Below, piece after piece: positions 13,850 through 22,696 of a stretch of DNA of 24,493 nt. Source of the DNA: Patescibacteria group bacterium (GTDB taxonomy: Bacteria; Patescibacteriota; Minisyncoccia; Portnoybacterales; UBA2143); assembly GCA_034660935.1 (NCBI GenBank), contig JAYEKG010000008.1, positions 1 through 24,493 of the forward strand, written 5' to 3'. The first letter of the stretch is position 1. Each line of letters starts with the position of its first letter. Made by a program: the position numbers and the translations under genes. The notes under the pieces were generated by a model. It made no database searches. It was not told where the DNA came from and was given only the letters and a program-made list of their open reading frames with translations.

Positions 13850-15112
13850 ATGGAGAAATTTATTATTCAGGGAGGGCGGAAATTAAGCGGGGAAATTAAG
13901 GTTAATGGCGCCAAGAACGCCGCTTTGAAAGTATTGGCGGCATCGCTTTTGACCGACCAAGAATGGAATATTTCTAATGTCCCCCAAATTGAGGATATTT
14001 TTCGGCTGTTGGAACTGTTAAAAAATATTGGCGTTGAAGTAGAAAATGGCTCAAAGGGCGCTTATCGGCTTAAAGCGAACAAAATTCAAACATCTCGTTT
14101 AGAGCCGAGCATTGCCAAGAAATTGAAAGGTTCAATTTTAATGGCGGGACCCTTGCTCGCTCGTTGCGGTTCAGCGGTTTTTCCGCGGCCGGGCGGATGC
14201 GTAATTGGCCAGAGGCCGCGAGACATATTTTTAGACGGGTTTAAAGCGTTTGGCGTTAATGTTAAAGAAAACAGAGAAGGTTATTACTTAACGGCGAAAG
14301 GGAAATTAAAAGGAATTAATTTTGTTTTTCCTATTATTAGCGTGACTGCCACCGAAACAATGCTGTTGGCAGCGGTTTTAGCCAAAGGAACGACTATTTT
14401 AAAAAATGCCGCTTGCGAGCCGGAAATCGTTGCTTTAGCTGATTTTTTGAACAAATGCGGCGCTAAAATCAAAGGAGCAGGCACGCCTTTTATAAGAATT
14501 GAAGGAGTTAGTTGTTTAAACAAAGGGAGTTGCCGAATAATTCCAGACAGAATTGAAGCGGGCAGTTTTGTTCTTTTGGCGTTGGCAGCAGGCGGTTCTG
14601 TCAAAGTGGCGAATTTGAACCCGAACCATTTAGATGTTCTTTGGTTTTTATTAAATAAAGCGGGCGCTAATTTGGAAATAGGGAAAGATTTTGTTTTAAT
14701 TAAGCCGTCGCCAAAATTGAAAGCGATTAATGTGAAAACGCATGAATATCCCGGATTTCCGACTGACTTGCAGGCGCCGTTTGCCGTTTTAATGACCCAA
14801 GCAAAAGGAGTGTCTTTGATTTATGAAACAATTTTTGAAGGGCGGCTTTTTTATACCGATACGCTAAACCAAATGGGAGCCAATATTATTATGTGCGACC
14901 CTCATCGGGTAATTGTCCAGGGTCCGACAAAATTATACGGGCGCAATTTGATTAGTCCAGATATTCGCGCCGGGATTGCTTTAATTGCGGCCGCTTTGTC
15001 CGCGCGCGGCGAATCAGTGATTGAAAATATTTATCAAATAGACAGAGGATATGAAAGGATTGAAGAAAGATTGCGCGGATTAGGAGCGAGGATAGAACGC
15101 ATGGGCGCGTAA
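13850..15112 (+). CDS. murA: UDP-N-acetylglucosamine 1-carboxyvinyltransferase
   Basis: GAKNAAL, PGGCVIGQRP (catalytic Cys present), SVTATE, NAACEPEI, IPDRIEAG, YPGFPTDLQ, DIRAG, IDRGYE. Confidence 0.98.
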   Translation: MEKFIIQGGRKLSGEIKVNGAKNAALKVLAASLLTDQEWNISNVPQIEDIFRLLELLKNIGVEVENGSKGAYRLKANKIQTSRLEPSIAKKLKGSILMAGPLLARCGSAVFPRPGGCVIGQRPRDIFLDGFKAFGVNVKENREGYYLTAKGKLKGINFVFPIISVTATETMLLAAVLAKGTTILKNAACEPEIVALADFLNKCGAKIKGAGTPFIRIEGVSCLNKGSCRIIPDRIEAGSFVLLALAAGGSVKVANLNPNHLDVLWFLLNKAGANLEIGKDFVLIKPSPKLKAINVKTHEYPGFPTDLQAPFAVLMTQAKGVSLIYETIFEGRLFYTDTLNQMGANIIMCDPHRVIVQGPTKLYGRNLISPDIRAGIALIAAALSARGESVIENIYQIDRGYERIEERLRGLGARIERMGA

Positions 15113-15165
15113 CAATTCTTAATTTTCATTATGACAAGAACACCCCTGCTCAACAAAATTCAAGA

Positions 15166-15232
15166 AAATTCAAGGGCAGCCATAAAAATACAAGGGCAGC
15201 CCTTAAAGATGGAAAGGGCTGCCCTTGAATTT
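15166..15232. repeat. AAGGGCAGCCCTT palindrome cluster
   Basis: Units at 15172 (partial), 15192-15204 and 15214-15226 (inverted). Outer arms 15166-15181 and 15217-15232 are perfect reverse complements. Confidence 0.85.
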
Positions 15233-15258
15233 CCAGATAATACGGTAGCAATTTAGCA

Positions 15259-16275
15259 ATGAATTTTATGTTTATCAAAAAAATCGGTATTGATTTGGGC
15301 ACGGCGAATACTTTGGTTTATCTTCCTAAAAAGGGGGTTGTTGTTAATGAGCCAACAGTAGTAGCTGTTTCTATTGAAGACAACAAGATTGTTGCGATTG
15401 GTAACGAAGCGAAAGAAATGCTTGGAAAATCGCCGGAGGCAATCAGCGTTTTTCGTCCGATGAGAGACGGTGTTATTGCCGATTATCGCATAACCGAAGC
15501 GATGCTCCGCTATTTTATCAGCAAAGTGCTGGGTGGCTGGAGAATTTTCCGTCCCGATGTAATGGTTTCCGTCCCGGCCGGCATTACTTCTACGGAAAGG
15601 CGGGCTGTTATTGAAGCAACCGTAAAAGCCGGCGCTAAAAACGCCTATATAGTCAAAGAGCCTGTTTTGGCGGCTATTGGCGCGGGCCTTTCCATTAATA
15701 AGCCGATTGGCAATATGATTGTTGATATCGGCGGCGGGACATCAGAAATGGCCGTTCTTTCTTTGGGCGGAATTGTTTCCTGCGAATCGGCCAGAATTGG
15801 CGGGGATAAATTAGACCAGGCCATTGGCGAATACATCAGAAAAAAACATAATTTAGCTATTGGCGACAGAACGGCTGAAAGGATTAAAATAAAACTGGGT
15901 AGCGCTCTGCCTCAAAAAGAGGAAGCGTCCATAAAAGTTCAGGGTCGTGATTTAGTCGGCGGTTTGCCAAAAACGGTTGAAATTAAAAGCGGTGAGATAA
16001 CAGAGGCGATTTCTGAAAATCTCAGAGAAATTATCAAGACAATTGAAAATGTTCTTCGAGAAACGCCTCCTGAATTAGTAGCTGATATTATGGATAGTGG
16101 AATGATTTTGAGCGGCGGCGGCGCTTTACTTAGGAATTTGGACAATTTGATTATGGAAACAACCAGCGTGAGTTGTCACATCGCGAAAGAACCCCTGCTT
16201 TGCGTGGCGAAGGGGACTGGTATCGCTTTAGACCATTTAGAAATTTATAAAAGAAGCATAATGTCAAAAAAATAA
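15259..16275 (+). CDS. mreB: Rod shape-determining protein MreB/Mbl (alternative start 15268)
   Basis: IGIDLGTANT, VFRPMRDGVIAD, VPAGITSTERRAV, VDIGGGTSE, LSGGGALLRNLD. Confidence 0.96.
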   Translation: MNFMFIKKIGIDLGTANTLVYLPKKGVVVNEPTVVAVSIEDNKIVAIGNEAKEMLGKSPEAISVFRPMRDGVIADYRITEAMLRYFISKVLGGWRIFRPDVMVSVPAGITSTERRAVIEATVKAGAKNAYIVKEPVLAAIGAGLSINKPIGNMIVDIGGGTSEMAVLSLGGIVSCESARIGGDKLDQAIGEYIRKKHNLAIGDRTAERIKIKLGSALPQKEEASIKVQGRDLVGGLPKTVEIKSGEITEAISENLREIIKTIENVLRETPPELVADIMDSGMILSGGGALLRNLDNLIMETTSVSCHIAKEPLLCVAKGTGIALDHLEIYKRSIMSKK

Positions 16276-16276
16276 A

Positions 16277-17488
16277 ATGATTATTGGCATTAACGCTACG
16301 GCGGCTTTTATTGAGCCGCGAACGGGCGTTGAGGAATATACCGCGCAATTAATTAAACATTTAACGATACTTGAAGAGAGCGCAAAGCATCGTTTTCTTT
16401 TATATTCTCCATTTAACAAGGAATTTGATTTCCATTTGCCGACTAATTTTAAGATTAAAAGATTGAAATGGGGATTACCCGCATGGACGCAGATGAGATT
16501 ATCTGCCGAAATGGCGGTTAACAGACCAGATATTCTTTTTATTCCGGTTCATGTTTTACCCTTGATTCACCCCCAAAATTCAATAGCTGTCATTCATGGG
16601 TTAGAGTATGAATATGAGCCGAAAATGTATCCAAGAAGGCATTTGAAGTATCTGCGCTGGAGCGCCAAATACGCGCTAAAAAATGCCGCGCGAATTATTG
16701 CTATTTCCGAAAACACCAAAAACGATCTCATAAAAATATACGGCGCTAATCCGGAAAAAATATCAGTTGTCCATCATGGATATGCGGGACTTCGTCATTG
16801 CGAGAAGCGGAGCGACGCGGCAATCTCAAGTGAATTTATTGAAACAACAGGATTGCCACGCTTCGCTCGCAATGACAGCGTTGGAAGCGCGGAGGTTCAA
16901 CCTCCGAAATATATTCTTTTTATCGGGCGGCTGGAGATGAAAAAAAATATCGGGGGATTGGTTGAGGCGTTTAATTTGTTTAAAAAAACATACGGTTTGC
17001 CGCATAAATTGCTTTTGGCGGGAAAGAGGGGTTATAGTTATAACACATTTGCTGATGAGCTTGCGAGAAACGAGGACATTATTGAAATGGGTTATGTGGA
17101 TGAAGACGAAAAATGGCGATTGCTAAAAAATGCCGCGCTGTTCGCTTTTCCTGTTCTTTATGAGGGTTTTGGAATGCCGATTTTGGAAGCGCAAGCGGCG
17201 GGTTGTCCGGTAATCTCTTCGGGGATATCATCTCTACCGGAGGTGGCGGGGGAAGGCGCGGCGTTTGTTTCGCCGAAAAACATTGAACAAACCGCCGAAA
17301 TGATGTATAAGATAATAAGCGATAAAGAATTGAAAGATGATTTAATTGAAAAAGGTTTTCAGAATATTAAAAGATTTTCGTGGGAAAAGTGCGCGCGGGA
17401 GACATTGAAGATTTTAACGAATAGTAATTCAAAGGCAGCCCTTTCCATAAAAATACAAGGGCAGCCCTTTCAGAAAACTAAAATTTAA
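16277..17488 (+). CDS. Glycosyltransferase family 4 (GT-B), with palindrome-derived insertions
   Basis: RTGVEEY, IIAISENTKNDL, FIGRLEMKKN, FPVLYEGFGMPILEAQAAGCPVISS, SLPEVAGE. Confidence 0.93.
   Translation: MIIGINATAAFIEPRTGVEEYTAQLIKHLTILEESAKHRFLLYSPFNKEFDFHLPTNFKIKRLKWGLPAWTQMRLSAEMAVNRPDILFIPVHVLPLIHPQNSIAVIHGLEYEYEPKMYPRRHLKYLRWSAKYALKNAARIIAISENTKNDLIKIYGANPEKISVVHHGYAGLRHCEKRSDAAISSEFIETTGLPRFARNDSVGSAEVQPPKYILFIGRLEMKKNIGGLVEAFNLFKKTYGLPHKLLLAGKRGYSYNTFADELARNEDIIEMGYVDEDEKWRLLKNAALFAFPVLYEGFGMPILEAQAAGCPVISSGISSLPEVAGEGAAFVSPKNIEQTAEMMYKIISDKELKDDLIEKGFQNIKRFSWEKCARETLKILTNSNSKAALSIKIQGQPFQKTKI
16794..16876. repeat. GTCATTGCGAG...CTCGCAATGAC palindromic element, in frame in GT1
   Basis: Perfect 11-bp terminal inverted repeats and inner GGCAATC/GATTGCC stem. 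Confidence 0.92.
16890..16906. repeat. Tight palindrome CGGAGGTT-C-AACCTCCG, in frame in GT1
   Basis: Perfect 8-bp arms around a single central base. Confidence 0.7.
17426..17470. repeat. AAGGGCAGCCCTT-family element in the 3' end of GT1
   Basis: 17445-17469 (CCATAAAAATACAAGGGCAGCCCTT) is identical to 15180-15204. Confidence 0.85.
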
Positions 17489-17496
17489 TTACCAAG

Positions 17497-18750
17497 ATGA
17501 AAATAGCTTTGTTGCATGATTATTTAATCCGCTTTGGAGGGGCCGAGAAGGTCTTTTTAAATTTGCGGAAAATTTTTCCAAAAGCGGAAATTTATACTCT
17601 TCTCTACGATAAAGAAAAAATGGGAAAATATTTTCCCGGAGAGAAAATTCAGACATCTTTTTTGCAGAGGTTTCCGAAATTTTGGCGCAAGAGACAGAAA
17701 TATCTTCTGCCTTTTATTCCTATAGCCGCGGAGACGATTGACTTGAGAGATTTTGATTTGGTTATTTCTTCCTCTAACAGTTTTATTAAAGGAATTATTA
17801 CCAGGCCGCAAACTATTCACATTTGTTATTGCCATAGCCCGATGAACTTTAGCTGGGACAGATATTACAAATATATTAAAGAACAGAAAAAAGGATTTCT
17901 TGTTGGCGCGGCGATTAAGATTATTATGCACTATATCAGGATGTGGGATAGGGCAGCTTCCAATCGTGTTGATTATTTTATCGCTAATTCAAAAACAACG
18001 GCAAGGAGGATAAAGAAATATTATGGCCGCGAAGCAAGGGTGATTTATCCGCCGGCTTGCATACCTATTATTATGAGCGAAGCAAAGCAATCTTGCGGTG
18101 ACAACAACAAGATTGCCGCGTCGCAGACTCCTCGCAATGACACTCTTTTGTCATTGCGAGCGAAGCGAAGCAATCCCGGAGAAGAAAGCGAGATTGCCGC
18201 GTCGCAGACTCCTCACAATGACGGAGGGAGAGACGACGGCTTTTTTCTGATTATTTCCCAGTTAACTCCGTATAAGAGAATTGATTTGGCTGTTGAGGCA
18301 TTTAATAAATTAGGACTGCCTTTGGTAATTATCGGGGAAGGTCCTGATTATAAACGGCTTAAAAAGATAGCTCACTCCAATGTTAAATTGCTTGGATGGC
18401 AACCGGATAAAACAACAGAGGAATATCTTAAAAATTGCCGCGCATTTATTTTTCCCGGCGAAGACGATTTTGGCATCGCTCCTGTTGAAGCGATGAGTTT
18501 TGGAAAGCCCGTTCTCGCGTATCGCAAGGGCGGAGCCACAGAAACGGTGATAGAAGGGGTTACCGGCGAATTTTTTGATGAACCGGCAGTAGAGGTTTTA
18601 GCCGACGGCGTTCGCCGCTTGTTAATTAATCTAGACCGATACAGCCCTTTGGTTATCAGGAAAAGAGCGGAAAAATTTTCCCGAGAAAGATTTGAAACAG
18701 CAATCAAAGAGTTTGTTATAAGGGTGGTTGAAGAAAATAGAAGGGGATGA
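17497..18750 (+). CDS. Glycosyltransferase family 4 (GT-B, mannosyltransferase-like), with tandem palindrome-derived insertion
   Basis: MKIALLHDYL..FGGAEKV, HICYCHSPM, FIANS, YKRIDLAVEAFN, EDDFGIAPVEAMSFGKPVLAY..GGATETV. Confidence 0.94.
   Translation: MKIALLHDYLIRFGGAEKVFLNLRKIFPKAEIYTLLYDKEKMGKYFPGEKIQTSFLQRFPKFWRKRQKYLLPFIPIAAETIDLRDFDLVISSSNSFIKGIITRPQTIHICYCHSPMNFSWDRYYKYIKEQKKGFLVGAAIKIIMHYIRMWDRAASNRVDYFIANSKTTARRIKKYYGREARVIYPPACIPIIMSEAKQSCGDNNKIAASQTPRNDTLLSLRAKRSNPGEESEIAASQTPHNDGGRDDGFFLIISQLTPYKRIDLAVEAFNKLGLPLVIIGEGPDYKRLKKIAHSNVKLLGWQPDKTTEEYLKNCRAFIFPGEDDFGIAPVEAMSFGKPVLAYRKGGATETVIEGVTGEFFDEPAVEVLADGVRRLLINLDRYSPLVIRKRAEKFSRERFETAIKEFVIRVVEENRRG
18067..18222. repeat. Two tandem GTCATTGCGAG-family elements (18067-18141 decayed at left; 18150-18222), in frame in GT2
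   Basis: The 32-nt right halves (18110-18141 vs 18191-18222) differ at 1 position. The junction forms a 12-bp stem with a 6-nt loop. Total length 156 nt = 52 codons. Confidence 0.92.
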
Positions 18751-18756
18751 TACAAT
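18728..18756 (+). promoter_or_regulatory. Putative promoter for holB and downstream genes
   Basis: TTGAAG, 17 nt, TACAAT with extended TG (TGATACAAT). Confidence 0.6.
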
Positions 18757-18774
18757 AAAGGTAGAAAAATAAAT

Positions 18775-18914
18775 AATTTCCAATTCTCAATTCTTAATTT
18801 CCAATCAATTTCCAATAATTAAATTCTCAAACTATTATCCAGTATCTGTTTTTTTTGTTTGAGAATTAATTCATTGAAAATTTAATGAAAATTGAAAATT
18901 AGAAATTGAAAATT
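18775..18914. repeat. Second heptamer-period long hairpin
   Basis: AATTTCC/AATTCTC units; perfect inner stem AATTCTCAAAC (18822-18832) / GTTTGAGAATT (18857-18867); GAAAATT units at right. Confidence 0.85.
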
Positions 18915-18920
18915 TTATCT

Positions 18921-19847
18921 GTGATAATTGGGCATCGGCGAGTTTTGAATTTTTTACGGAAAAATATCAAGAATAAGCGGCTTTCTCACGCATATTTATT
19001 TTCGGGTCCCGCTCATTTAGGAAAGAAGACAATTGCGTTTGATTTTATCAAGATGTTGACAGGCATAGAGGCCGGTCAGGCTGTTCATCCAGATGTCTTA
19101 ATTGTTGAACCGGAAATTACCGAAAAAAACGGCATTAAAAAAGAGTCAGAAATAAGCATTGTTCAAATTAGGGAAGTTCAGCATAGAATGAATTTGTTTG
19201 CCTATCAGGCGCCGTATAAAATAGCGGTAATCGATCGGGCGGATAAGATGACCGCGGAAGCGGGCAATTGCCTTTTAAAAACACTGGAAGAGCCGTCCGG
19301 CAACGCCATTTTGATTTTAATAACATCTAATTTTCAATCGCTTTTGCCTACAATTATTTCCCGCTGCCAGTTAGTTAATTTTTTGCCGGTTGCCCGAAAA
19401 GAAATAGAAAAAAAACTCGGTTATCTTTACAGTGGCGCTGATATAAAGAAAGTAATGGGTTTAGCGAACGGCCGTCCGGGATTGGCGCTTGAGTATTTGA
19501 ATAAACCGGAGCTTTTAGACAAACAAAATAAAACGATATCCGACTTGGAAAAATTGTTAAATTCCAACTTGAACGCGCGATATTGTTATGCCGAAAAGAT
19601 AGCCAAGAACACTCCTGAAGCGCGCCGTATTTTAAGGTATTGGCTGGTTTGGTTTAGAGATTTGCTTTTGTCAGCCGCTAATTGTCCGGATTTAGCGCTT
19701 GAACGGAATTTTTCCCGCTATAGCGGATTTTATTCATTGCCAAAGTTAAAAAATATTATTCAATCAATCAGGAGAACAGACCGGCTTTTGGCTAATTCAA
19801 GCATTAACGCGCGATTAGCTTTGGAAGTTTTAATGTTGGAGTTGTAA
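18921..19847 (+). CDS. holB: DNA polymerase III delta' subunit (GTG 18921 preferred; the track's TTG 18906 lies inside the repeat)
   Basis: IIGH...HAYLFSGP.HLGKKT, HPDV, ISI.QIRE, YKIAVID.ADKMT.EA.N.LLKTLEEP, LLPTIISRCQ, N.RLALE. Confidence 0.9.
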   Translation: MIIGHRRVLNFLRKNIKNKRLSHAYLFSGPAHLGKKTIAFDFIKMLTGIEAGQAVHPDVLIVEPEITEKNGIKKESEISIVQIREVQHRMNLFAYQAPYKIAVIDRADKMTAEAGNCLLKTLEEPSGNAILILITSNFQSLLPTIISRCQLVNFLPVARKEIEKKLGYLYSGADIKKVMGLANGRPGLALEYLNKPELLDKQNKTISDLEKLLNSNLNARYCYAEKIAKNTPEARRILRYWLVWFRDLLLSAANCPDLALERNFSRYSGFYSLPKLKNIIQSIRRTDRLLANSSINARLALEVLMLEL

Positions 19848-19901
19848 CAAAATTAATGACATCTGATGTCGTTACGATGTCGTTATGGTGAGTTCGTTAT
19901 T

Positions 19902-20960
19902 ATGAAAGATTTTATTTTCATTGTTATTATCGCTCTTATTCTTGTTTTTTGGTATTTCGCGCCGGCGCGGGTTCAGGAAAGAGTTGGTAATGGAGGGATT
20001 TACTATTCAGAAGACGGAGGGGAAACATGGGAACAAATGGCGATTAAAGAAAACCGCTTTTTAATAACATCCTTGGATATTTTATCTATGGCGGTTCATC
20101 CCGGCAATTCAGATGTTCTCTATTTAGGCGCCAAAAAAGGGGGTCTTTACAAAAGTTATTCCAGAGGAAAGTATTGGCATCAAATTACGGGCGAAGAAAA
20201 AAACCTTTTCGATGACGCTGATATTTATGATATCGCTATTGACAATAAGGACGCCGATAAAATTTATTTAGCTGTTTATCAAAACAAAAGGGGAAGAATT
20301 TTTAGAAGCGAAGATGGCGGAGAGCGTTGGGAAGAGGTTTATGCCGTTTTAGAAAAACAGCAGATTATTTCGCAAATTGTGATTGACAGCTACGATTCTT
20401 CAGTAGTTTACGCCGGGACAACCGAAGGCGGTTTTTTAAAAAGTGTTGATTGTTGCAAATCATGGCAAGCGGTTAAATGGTTTGACGGCGCTGTTTCGAA
20501 AATCGCAATTAATCCGAAAGATACGCGCGTAGTTTATGTCGGGTTGGCTGACGGCGGCGTTTATAAAACGCGCGATAAAGGAATTACTTGGCATTCGCTG
20601 GAGGATAATTTAGAAGAATTTGACAAAAATAGAGCGATAAGCGCGGCAGGCGTTGACCCGAAAAATCCAAATACTGTTTATCTTGGCTCTTTATACGGCC
20701 TTTTGGTTTCGGGAGACGGAGGATTGAATTGGCAGGCGGTGAAAACGGTAATGCCATCAGAATCAAAATCGGTTTTATCTTTAAACCTTGGCTTGGGCGA
20801 GGTTAGCCAATTAATTTATGGCGCCGATTCTATAGTATATCGCAGTTCAGATGGAGGAAAAAACTGGGTTGTCAGCCAATTGCCTGCGGACAAAAAAATT
20901 AAGGAAATTGTTATTGACCCGCAAAATCCGAATTTAATTTATGCGGGGGTAGGGGAATAA
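19902..20960 (+). CDS. Membrane-anchored Asp-box (BNR) repeat beta-propeller, YCF48/Vps10-like (ATG 19902 preferred over 19866)
   Basis: N-terminal TM; Asp-boxes YYSEDGGETW, FRSEDGGERW, YKTRDKGITW, LVSGDGGLNW, YRSSDGGKNW. Confidence 0.85.
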   Translation: MKDFIFIVIIALILVFWYFAPARVQERVGNGGIYYSEDGGETWEQMAIKENRFLITSLDILSMAVHPGNSDVLYLGAKKGGLYKSYSRGKYWHQITGEEKNLFDDADIYDIAIDNKDADKIYLAVYQNKRGRIFRSEDGGERWEEVYAVLEKQQIISQIVIDSYDSSVVYAGTTEGGFLKSVDCCKSWQAVKWFDGAVSKIAINPKDTRVVYVGLADGGVYKTRDKGITWHSLEDNLEEFDKNRAISAAGVDPKNPNTVYLGSLYGLLVSGDGGLNWQAVKTVMPSESKSVLSLNLGLGEVSQLIYGADSIVYRSSDGGKNWVVSQLPADKKIKEIVIDPQNPNLIYAGVGE

Positions 20961-20966
20961 AAAATT

Positions 20967-21524
20967 ATGCATAAAGAAATAATCAAAAAATTAAAACCGA
21001 ATCTTGATAAAACTTATGAATACTTAAAAAGCGAATTGGCCGCTCTGCAGGCGGGGCGGGCTACGTCGAGTTTAATAGAGAATTTAACGGTTAATTGCTA
21101 CGGGCAGCAATTGCCAATAAAGCAATTGGGAGCCATTCAAACACCAGAACCAAGAGTAATTATTATCCGTCCCTGGGACAAGGAAATTATTGGCGATATT
21201 GAACGGGCGATTAAACAGTCAAGTTTAGGAATAACTCCAATGACAGATGAAGAATCTATTCGTTTAAATATTCCGCCTTTGAGTGAAGAAAGAAGGCGCG
21301 AGCTGGTTAAAATTCTCCAAGAAAAAGTGGAGGAATGCCGAATTAGCGTTCGCCGGCAAAGAGAAGATGTTTGGCGCGAAATTCAGGATTTAGAGAAGGC
21401 AAAAGAAATTTCTGAAGACAACAAATTCAGAGCCAAAGATGAAATTCAAAAAATAGTTGATGAGTATAACAAGAAAATAGAGGAAATAAAAAAGAAAAAA
21501 GAAGAAGAGATAATGAAGGTGTAA
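20967..21524 (+). CDS. frr: Ribosome recycling factor
   Basis: AGRA...LIE...V.CYG...I.PWDK..I..IE.AI...LG..P...IRLNIPPLSEERR.EL.K. Confidence 0.97.
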   Translation: MHKEIIKKLKPNLDKTYEYLKSELAALQAGRATSSLIENLTVNCYGQQLPIKQLGAIQTPEPRVIIIRPWDKEIIGDIERAIKQSSLGITPMTDEESIRLNIPPLSEERRRELVKILQEKVEECRISVRRQREDVWREIQDLEKAKEISEDNKFRAKDEIQKIVDEYNKKIEEIKKKKEEEIMKV

Positions 21525-21536
21525 TAACTATAAAAT

Positions 21537-22637
21537 ATGTTTTTAACTATTGTTGCGTTTGTTTTAGTTTTGGGCCTGCTTATTTTCGTCCATGAATTGG
21601 GGCATTTTGTTATGGCAAAGAGGGCTGGGATTAAAGTAGAAGAGTTCGGCTTTGGTTTTCCGCCAAGGGTTTTTGGCGTTAAGCGGGGGGAGACGATTTA
21701 TTCCATTAACCTTTTGCCTTTGGGCGGGTTTGTTAAAATTTTTGGGGAAAACGGGGTTGATAAGAAAGATATCAAGGAATCTGACAAGGGAAGGGCTTTT
21801 GGCGATAAGCCGATTAAGACCCGCGCGATTGTCTTGGCCGCGGGAGTAACAATGAATTTAATTTTGGCGGCTTTTCTTTTGGGATTTGGGAATTGGGTAG
21901 GGCTTCCGACAGCGATTGGGGATGAGGAGATGATTGGCGCGAGGGGCGCGAAAGTTCAAATTGTCCAGGTCGCTTTTGATTCACCGGCCGAAAAGGCGGG
22001 AATTCATATCGGAGATACGGTGGCGTTGCTAAAAGCTGGCGGAGAAGAAATAAAGGTGGATAGGGTCATTCAAATGCAGAACTTTATTGATAGGCATAAA
22101 GACAAGGAGATTATAGCGGTTATTCAAAGGGGAGATGAAGTTTTAGAAAAAACAATGCTTGCGCGGGCTAATCCTCCCGAAAACGAAGGAAGTTTAGGAG
22201 TCGCTTTAGTAAGAACCGCCATTGTTTCTCATCCGTGGTATAAGGCGATTTATCTTGGAATCGCGGACACTTTCAAAATGACGGTTGCTATTGTTGTCGC
22301 TTTGGGCGGTTTGTTATGGCAGTTGATTTCAACAGGGAAAACGGCGATAGAAGGAGGCGGCCCGGTATATATTTTTAATTTAACAGGCCAAGCGGCACAG
22401 CTTGGCTTTATTTATGTTCTTCAATTAGCGGCTATTCTTAGCATTAACTTGGCGATTATTAACATTCTTCCTTTTCCCGCTCTTGACGGGGGGCGATTGC
22501 TTTTCCTGGCGATTGAAAAAATTAAGGGGACACCCGTCAGTCAAAATATTGAAAGAATAGCGCATACGGCAGGTTTCGCGCTCTTAATTCTTTTGATGAT
22601 TGCTATTACTTGGCGGGATATTGCGATGCTGTTTTAG
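21537..22637 (+). CDS. rseP: RIP metalloprotease RseP-like (M50, PDZ domain)
   Basis: HEXXH FVHELGH, NLLPLGGFVK, AGV..N, PDZ (SPAEKAGI..GD), NILPFPALDGG. Confidence 0.9.
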   Translation: MFLTIVAFVLVLGLLIFVHELGHFVMAKRAGIKVEEFGFGFPPRVFGVKRGETIYSINLLPLGGFVKIFGENGVDKKDIKESDKGRAFGDKPIKTRAIVLAAGVTMNLILAAFLLGFGNWVGLPTAIGDEEMIGARGAKVQIVQVAFDSPAEKAGIHIGDTVALLKAGGEEIKVDRVIQMQNFIDRHKDKEIIAVIQRGDEVLEKTMLARANPPENEGSLGVALVRTAIVSHPWYKAIYLGIADTFKMTVAIVVALGGLLWQLISTGKTAIEGGGPVYIFNLTGQAAQLGFIYVLQLAAILSINLAIINILPFPALDGGRLLFLAIEKIKGTPVSQNIERIAHTAGFALLILLMIAITWRDIAMLF

Positions 22638-22661
22638 AAATTTTATTATTGTTTGATTTTG

Positions 22662-22689
22662 TGTTAGTATTGAAACATAATTAAGGAGG
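22662..22689 (+). promoter_or_regulatory. Extended -10 (TGtTAGTAT) and canonical SD (AAGGAGG) of the heptad-repeat gene
   Basis: TG 22662-22663, TAGTAT 22665-22670, AAGGAGG 22683-22689, 7 nt before the ATG. Confidence 0.55.
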
Positions 22690-22696
22690 GAAAAGC

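Noticed and set aside
15131-15256. 41-codon ORF MTRTPLLNKIQENSRAAIKIQGQPLKMERAALEFPDNTVAI between murA and mreB
   Set aside because: Largely made of the AAGGGCAGCCCTT repeat cluster, with no SD and no recognisable domain; probably incidental.
18067-18222. CRISPR mini-array or tRNA
   Set aside because: Only two degenerate units with inverted-repeat architecture inside an intact ORF; no cloverleaf or T-loop motif.
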